In this document: positions 26,811 to 32,836 of the stretch, piece after piece
Position numbering within the stretch: position 1 is the stretch's first letter
Layout of the letters: each line of letters starts with the position of its first letter
NCBI GenBank assembly: GCA_044869275.1
Contig: JBIOXB010000117.1
Coordinates: 1 to 35,617 of the forward strand
Reading direction: 5' to 3'
Origin: a bacterium
Lineage (GTDB): Bacteria > Zhuqueibacterota > Zhuqueibacteria > Zhuqueibacterales > Zhuqueibacteraceae
Length of the DNA: 35,617 nt
Notes under the pieces: generated by a model
What the model was told of the DNA's origin: nothing
The model's database searches: none
What the model saw: the letters and a program-made list of their open reading frames with translations, nothing else
Program-made: the position numbers and the translations under genes

Positions 26811-28481
26811 ATGAACGCATCTGCGCAGCCGCCTGCCTTGGCCCCCGCCGGACTGGAGGAGGCTTTGCGGCGCCTCGAAGCGCGTGTTAGTCGCCTTGAG
26901 GCATATCTTCATCTTGAACCACCGCCAGTGCGGGACGAAAGCGGGACGCTCGGAAGCGATACGCCGGAGCCGGCGATCTCCAGCCGGGAAGCAGAAGAGG
27001 CGAAGGCCGCAGTGCTGGAGCTCAAGATCGGCGAATTCTGGTTGGCACGCGTCGGCATTGTGGCGCTGCTATTAGGCACGGCGTTTTTCATCTCCTATCC
27101 TGTGTCAATTTTGTCGCCACTCGCGCACAGCTGCATCGGGTATTTTGCCGTGGCCGGACTTTTCGCTCTTGCCCATTGGGGTCGTGCGGCTTATCCCTTT
27201 CTCTCGCGCATCCTGTTCGGCGGCGGGTTGCTCCTGCTCTATTACGCCACGTTGCGCTTGCACTTTTTCACCGGCCAGCCGCTGCTTCCGCAACGCGCCC
27301 TCGCGCTGGTTTGCTTAATGATCGTGGTCGCTGTGCATTTCTATTTCGCGGCGAGACACCGCCGCCAATTCCTGGCGAGTGTCGCCCTCGTGCTCGGCCA
27401 CGCGACGGCCCTGGTTGGCGACGCAACGCACTTCACGCTGCCGCTGGTTGCCGTCACCTCTGCGGCTGCTATTTACTTTCTATTGAAATATCGCTTTCAA
27501 ACCATGGCCTTGATCAGTGTGGTACTGGCCTATACGATGCATCTGCTTTGGTTGTTGAACAACCCATTGCTCGGACATGCCCTTCAGGCCGTGGGCGAGC
27601 ATCAGTACAATCTCGTTTATCTGTTCGTCTATGCGGCGATTTTTGCTTTGCCTACCTTGTTGCGTGCGGAAGACGCTTATCCGGAGGCGACGAAAGTTCT
27701 GCTGCCGCTGTTAAACGGCCTCGGTTTCACCGGTCTGACTTTTCTGGTCGTGCTCACCTTTTTTGAGCACGCACCTGCCAGCCCGTACTTCTTGATTGCC
27801 GTTTACCTTTTACTCTTCGCCACCACCAGCTGGGTCAGGCGTGGCAGCCGCTTCGCAACTTCGTTCTACGCCAGTTTCGGATATTTGGCACTCAGCGCCG
27901 CGATTTTCGCTCGCTTTCCAGCACCCCATTTTTTCATCTGGCTGGGCTGGCAGAGCTTGCTGGTGATCTCCACCGCAATCTGGTTTCGCTCCAAAATTCT
28001 GGTGGTGGCCAATACCCTGATCTATCTCGGGATTTTTTTGGCATATCTTATTTCGGTGCCCTCCAACCCCGTCGTCAATTTCAGCTATGCCGTGGTGGCT
28101 TTGCTCAGTGCGCGCCTGCTGAATTGGAAAACGGAGAGACTGGCGTTGAAAACAGAGCTGATGCGCAACCTCTATCTCGCTTCTGCATTCTTGATCATTC
28201 CTTATGGTTTGTATCATGTCGTGCTGCGCAACTATGTGAGCCTCTCCTGGCTGGGGGCGGCGTTGTTTTACTTTCTGATGAGCTTGATGCTCAAAAACAA
28301 GAAGTATCGCTGGATGGCGATTCTCACTTTGTTCTTGGCAGTACTCTATGTTTTTGCCTTCGACCTGGCGCGGTTGGAGCCTGGTTATCGCATTCTGTCT
28401 TTTCTCGCATTGGGCGTGGTTTTGCTCGTGACTTCTTTGTTGTACGCGCGCTCGCGCAAAAAAAACGTCGTCTCGCCGTGA
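26811..28481 (+). CDS. DUF2339-like polytopic membrane protein
   Basis: N-terminal LEARVSRLE coil; LELKIGEFWLARVG; many TM helices; C-terminal DL..L..GYRILSFLALG.VLL.TS.LY. Confidence 0.75.
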   Translation: MNASAQPPALAPAGLEEALRRLEARVSRLEAYLHLEPPPVRDESGTLGSDTPEPAISSREAEEAKAAVLELKIGEFWLARVGIVALLLGTAFFISYPVSILSPLAHSCIGYFAVAGLFALAHWGRAAYPFLSRILFGGGLLLLYYATLRLHFFTGQPLLPQRALALVCLMIVVAVHFYFAARHRRQFLASVALVLGHATALVGDATHFTLPLVAVTSAAAIYFLLKYRFQTMALISVVLAYTMHLLWLLNNPLLGHALQAVGEHQYNLVYLFVYAAIFALPTLLRAEDAYPEATKVLLPLLNGLGFTGLTFLVVLTFFEHAPASPYFLIAVYLLLFATTSWVRRGSRFATSFYASFGYLALSAAIFARFPAPHFFIWLGWQSLLVISTAIWFRSKILVVANTLIYLGIFLAYLISVPSNPVVNFSYAVVALLSARLLNWKTERLALKTELMRNLYLASAFLIIPYGLYHVVLRNYVSLSWLGAALFYFLMSLMLKNKKYRWMAILTLFLAVLYVFAFDLARLEPGYRILSFLALGVVLLVTSLLYARSRKKNVVSP

Positions 28482-28555
28482 AGGCAAACCGTTAACACCC
28501 GAATTTTGCAACGAAAAGAGAACCGCAACAAAAAAATCCGTTGGCTTTTCTTGAT

Positions 28556-28584
28556 TTGCGCTTTACGGATTTTCGAGTTATAAT
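28556..28584 (+). promoter_or_regulatory. Sigma-70-type promoter TTGCGC-N17-TATAAT
   Basis: Perfect -10 box with 17-nt spacer, 50 nt upstream of ATG 28634. Confidence 0.55.
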
Positions 28585-28633
28585 TTCGCTGTGCATCAAT
28601 GTGAAATCGACCAACTTCTCAGAGGAGAAATTC

Positions 28634-30151
28634 ATGGAGAATGACACTGGCACCCCGCGCAAGCTTCCTGGTTCATTTTACAATACCGTCAGTATTTCAG
28701 GCGCGGGCATTGCAGGGTTGAGTTTTGTTGCAATCCTGTTTTTCTTTCTGGTCGATTATTTCGTAGAGAGCTCCACGCCGTATTTGGGCATCATCAACTA
28801 TCTGGTGTTTCCCATCACCTTGTTGTCCGGCTTGATTATGGTGCCGATCGGCATGTGGCGCGAGCATCACCGGCGTGCCAAATTTCATGACCTGCCCTCC
28901 TTGCCACGCGTCGATCTCAATGTTCCTCACCATCGCCGCATGGTCGTGCTTTCCGTCTCCACCATCGGCCTTTTCCTGCTCTTCTCGGGTGTGGGAAGCT
29001 ACAAGGCGTACGAGTTCACGGAGTCCACCGCCTTTTGTGGCAAAACTTGCCATACGGTAATGGAGCCCGAGTACACAGCTTACCAACATTCGCCCCACGC
29101 GCGCGTAACTTGTGCCGGCTGCCATGTGGGTTCGGGCGCGGGCTGGTACGTGCAATCCAAGCTTTCCGGCGCCTATCAAGTTTATTCGGTTTTGTTCAAG
29201 AAATATTCTCAGCCGATTTCGACGCCGATCAAGAATCTGCGTCCGGCCCGCGAAACGTGCGAGCAGTGCCACTGGCCGCAGGCTTTTTTCGGCAACAAGC
29301 AGGATTTGCGCGTGCATTTCATGAAAGACGAGCAGAATACGCGCTGGGCCTACAATCTGCTCGTTAAGATTGGCGGCGGCAGTCCACAGCTCGGGCACAC
29401 CTCCGGTATCCATTGGCACATGAACATCAGCAACAAGATCGAGTACTATGCCGCGGACGAATCGCGCGAGACCATTCCCTGGGTGCGCGCCACCAATGCC
29501 AAAGGCGAAGTCACCGTTTATTCCGCCGATCCTGCGCTGATGTCAGACGGACAAATCGATCCCACGAAAATTCGCCTGATGGACTGCATCGATTGCCACA
29601 ACCGGCCGTCGCACATTTTTCAATCCCCCAATATTGCCTTGAACAGAATCATGAATAACGGCTTGATCGATATGACCCTGCCTTCGATCAAAGCTACGGC
29701 GGTGGAAGCACTCACGCCGGAATACTCCACCAAGGAGGCGGCGCTGGCGTCGATTGATTCGACGATTCGCGCATTTTATGACGGCAATTATCCCGGCCTC
29801 GCGCAGCAAAGACGACCGGCAATTGACAACGCGATTCAGCGCGTGCAAGAAGTGTATGGCCAGAATAACTTCCCTTACATGAAATCGAGCTGGCGCGCGT
29901 ATCCCGACCACATCGGGCATTATCTCAGTCCAGGTTGTTATCGCTGCCATGACGGTTTGCACCAAAGCTCGGAAGGTAAAACCATCACGCGCGATTGCAA
30001 CGCCTGCCATTTGATTATCGAGCAAGGCGACGGCAAAGAGGTTCAACAAGTCGATCTGAAAGGCCTGGAGTTCGTGCATCCCATCGACATCGGCGAAGCC
30101 TGGAAGGAGACGAGTTGCCATGAATGCCACGGCATTGCCGCCGGGATCTAG
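28634..30151 (+). CDS. ImcH-like NapC/NirT-family 7-heme inner-membrane cytochrome c
   Basis: Three N-terminal TM helices; TESTAFCGKTCH (CX3CH) plus six CxxCH; GAGGAG RBS. Confidence 0.85.
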   Translation: MENDTGTPRKLPGSFYNTVSISGAGIAGLSFVAILFFFLVDYFVESSTPYLGIINYLVFPITLLSGLIMVPIGMWREHHRRAKFHDLPSLPRVDLNVPHHRRMVVLSVSTIGLFLLFSGVGSYKAYEFTESTAFCGKTCHTVMEPEYTAYQHSPHARVTCAGCHVGSGAGWYVQSKLSGAYQVYSVLFKKYSQPISTPIKNLRPARETCEQCHWPQAFFGNKQDLRVHFMKDEQNTRWAYNLLVKIGGGSPQLGHTSGIHWHMNISNKIEYYAADESRETIPWVRATNAKGEVTVYSADPALMSDGQIDPTKIRLMDCIDCHNRPSHIFQSPNIALNRIMNNGLIDMTLPSIKATAVEALTPEYSTKEAALASIDSTIRAFYDGNYPGLAQQRRPAIDNAIQRVQEVYGQNNFPYMKSSWRAYPDHIGHYLSPGCYRCHDGLHQSSEGKTITRDCNACHLIIEQGDGKEVQQVDLKGLEFVHPIDIGEAWKETSCHECHGIAAGI

Positions 30152-30192
30152 TGGCATACGCCCAAGTGAACGTTTACCTCATGAAGGACAGA

Positions 30193-30374
30193 AAGATGGC
30201 AATAGATCTCATGCCCGGAGGCCTGCTGGTGACGTGATTGGGCAAACGACAGACATTTTTCTGTCATACATCTTTCTGTCTTCTTCTTTTATGGATGATG
30301 ATTGTGCCATTGCTGCCGTCCTCAGGCTTCGTCCCGAAGCGTCGGGATCAGCTCGGCTGAAAATCCGGGGTAGG
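30193..30374. repeat. Left arm of a 182-bp inverted repeat (partner 31665-31846)
   Basis: Colinear, ungapped match to the reverse complement of 31665-31846; contains the REP-like palindrome GTCCCGAAGCGTCGGGATC. Confidence 0.9.
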
Positions 30375-30561
30375 GAGGCGCTTCCCAGAGTCTCACTAAA
30401 TATCAGCGAAATTTTGGGAAGCATCCGGCATTACTGAATTCGAGAATAATGCTGGGAGTGATTTTCGCTTCTAAGAATAGATTGCCATACGCTCTTTGTC
30501 CTCGCGGGCGTAAAGACTTGATTTTTTTGACAGCGATCGCCCGAACATTTTTGCCCGCCGG

Positions 30562-30577
30562 TGGCATTTCCTTTGCG
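30562..30577 (+). promoter_or_regulatory. Putative sigma-54 promoter TGGCATTTCCTTTGCG
   Basis: GG(30563-4)-N10-GC(30575-6) with TGGCA and TTGC, upstream of the activator gene. Confidence 0.6.
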
Positions 30578-30656
30578 TGGTCTCGGGCAAAGCGGCTGAA
30601 TGAAATGCAACACACGCAGCCAGGCATTTATCGACTTGAATTCTGAGTCCGCGGAT

Positions 30657-31661
30657 ATGAGCAAAACTCACTTAGATACCATCATCGGCAACAGCGCTGC
30701 GATGCGAAAGATTTTCGAGTTGATTGAGAACGTGGCGCTGACCGATATCAATGTTCTGATCACGGGGGAGAGTGGCACCGGCAAAGAGTTGATCGCGCGC
30801 AGCATTCATCACCACAGCGCGCGCTGCGGCAAGGCTTTCGTTCCCGTGAATTGCAGTGCCTTTCCCGAAAGCCTCTTTGAAGCGGAATTGTTCGGATATG
30901 AAAGGGGCGCTTTTACCGGGGCGGCACAGAGAAAGCTGGGCTTGCTGGAATTCGCACACGGCGGCACTTTTTTTCTGGACGAAGTCTGTGAATTGCCCAT
31001 TTCTTTGCAGGCAAAGCTCTTGCGGGTGCTGCAAGACAAACATCTGCGCCATCTCGGCGGTAACGAGCTAACGCAAGTCGATGTGCGCCTGATTTCCGCT
31101 TCCAATCGTAATCCCGAGGAGGCGCGCGCGCATGGCATGCTGCGGGATGATTTTTATTATCGGCTCAATGTCATCAACATTCACCTGCTTCCGCTGCGCG
31201 AACGCGTGGACGACATCTTGCCGCTCGCCAATCATTTCCTGCACGAGACGCTGAAATTCTCACCCAAGTGCATTCACGGATTTAGGGGAGAAGTGTTGTC
31301 GCGCTTCGAGCACTATCCTTGGCCCGGCAATATCCGCGAGCTCGAGAACGTGGTGCAGCGGGCAGTCACGCTGGCGCACAACGACTGGATCAGTTTGGCG
31401 GATCTCCCTGCCCACTTTCACCATGAGACCAACCCGCCCAAGAACGGCAAGCTCACGCTGGTAGAAGCCAAGCAAATGGCCATTCAGCAGATCGAGCGCG
31501 AATATCTTTTGGAAATGCTGGCCAGATACCAGGGCAATGTTACCAAAATCGCGGCGGATTCGGGCATGACCAGGCGAAATTTGCACCGTCTGCTGAATCG
31601 CCATCAACTGAAAGCGCACGAATGGCGCGAGATTTCTCAAACAAATGAAATTCATCCCTAA
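30657..31661 (+). CDS. Sigma-54-dependent activator (AAA+ and HTH) with no N-terminal regulatory domain
   Basis: GESGTGKE, ELFGYERGAFTGA, FFLDE, WPGNIRELEN and a Fis-type HTH; alternative start at 30600. Confidence 0.93.
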   Translation: MSKTHLDTIIGNSAAMRKIFELIENVALTDINVLITGESGTGKELIARSIHHHSARCGKAFVPVNCSAFPESLFEAELFGYERGAFTGAAQRKLGLLEFAHGGTFFLDEVCELPISLQAKLLRVLQDKHLRHLGGNELTQVDVRLISASNRNPEEARAHGMLRDDFYYRLNVINIHLLPLRERVDDILPLANHFLHETLKFSPKCIHGFRGEVLSRFEHYPWPGNIRELENVVQRAVTLAHNDWISLADLPAHFHHETNPPKNGKLTLVEAKQMAIQQIEREYLLEMLARYQGNVTKIAADSGMTRRNLHRLLNRHQLKAHEWREISQTNEIHP

Positions 31662-31664
31662 CAG

Positions 31665-31846
31665 CCTACCTCGGATTTTCAGACAGGCTGATCCCGACGC
31701 TTCGGGACGAAGGCAGGGGGCGGCAGCAATGGCGCAATCATCAAGCAAAAAAGCAGAAGACAGAAAGATGTAGGACAGAAAAATGTTTGCCGTTTGCCCT
31801 GTCCCTTCACCAACCATGCTCCGGACATGAGATCGGCTGCCATCTT
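31665..31846. repeat. Right arm of the 182-bp inverted repeat (partner 30193-30374)
   Basis: Begins just after the activator stop at 31661. Confidence 0.9.
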
Positions 31847-32127
31847 GCTTTCGAGACCTCGATGTCTCATCCGCCATGTTTCTTGAAATAGGTTAGAATA
31901 CTTTGATAAATCTTGACTTCACGCGAGATCAGATTAGGCATATGCGACGGTAAAGTCTCACAACGTTTTTCGAGTCAAGCAAAGTCCCACGAAAATTCAT
32001 TAGGAGATAGTGCATTCAACTTATTGGCAATGAACGGTTTGTCCAGCCGAGATTCAAGCGCGTCACCACTACCTCTCACCCCGGAATGATATTTGATGGA
32101 TGAATTGAAAAACCGCTGCAACTCAGT

Positions 32128-32538
32128 ATGGCCAAGAATAGCGCCATGCAATCACCAACCGGACTGCTCAGAAGCTGTGAGGGTGAGCTTATCGGTTCAT
32201 GCAAAGCGATCGGCAACGAGCTGGGACTCGATTGGCGCGTGCAAAACAGAGCCACCGCCTGGTTGCTCGAATTGTTGAAGGATGACTTCGCGCTCGCGGT
32301 TTTGGATTTCGAAAGGCTGGATCCTGACAACCTCGCTTGGATTCAGCTGGCGCGCCGCTTGCGCCCAAAGGTTCCTTTGATCGTTATTCATGAGCCCCCG
32401 ATTGACAATGCCACCGGGGCTGAGTTTTGCGAAGAGAAGGTTTTTTACTTTTGCCCGCGCCCGGTGGATCGCCAACTGTTACTTCAAGTGCTGAGTGCGG
32501 CATTGCGCTCCTCGTACCAGCAGGAGAGGTTTTTGTGA
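32128..32538 (+). CDS. Stand-alone atypical receiver-domain protein
   Basis: FALAVLD, LARRLRPKVPLIVI and FYFCPRPVD follow the CheY-like pattern; the acidic pair and conserved Lys are missing. Confidence 0.7.
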   Translation: MAKNSAMQSPTGLLRSCEGELIGSCKAIGNELGLDWRVQNRATAWLLELLKDDFALAVLDFERLDPDNLAWIQLARRLRPKVPLIVIHEPPIDNATGAEFCEEKVFYFCPRPVDRQLLLQVLSAALRSSYQQERFL

Positions 32539-32688
32539 CATTGAAGCTCTTGTGGACGGACGCTGACCGTGCTTTCCGTAATTTGAGAAAAATATAGCAC
32601 CGTTTCCCGAATCTGATAAAAAGGGCCTGAAAGCAATTGGAATCGCATCAAAAAATCAACGGGTTAAGGTGATTATTACCGTGTTGCT

Positions 32689-32705
32689 TAGGTACGACAG
32701 TTGCT
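32689..32705 (+). promoter_or_regulatory. Putative sigma-54 promoter TAGGTACGACAGTTGCT
   Basis: GG(32691-2)-N10-GC(32703-4), close to the TGGCACG-N4-TTGC consensus; about 130 nt upstream of ATG 32837. Confidence 0.55.
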
Positions 32706-32836
32706 TGTATCCTCCTCACAAAACTTTAAGGGTTTGGCAACGGTTGCGACGACGCGATCGAAATATGTGATGCATCTGAATGGTGAGTTGTTGCCCGAAA
32801 TGGCTTGTGGCTGCGAAAATTCTACGGAGGTGTTTA

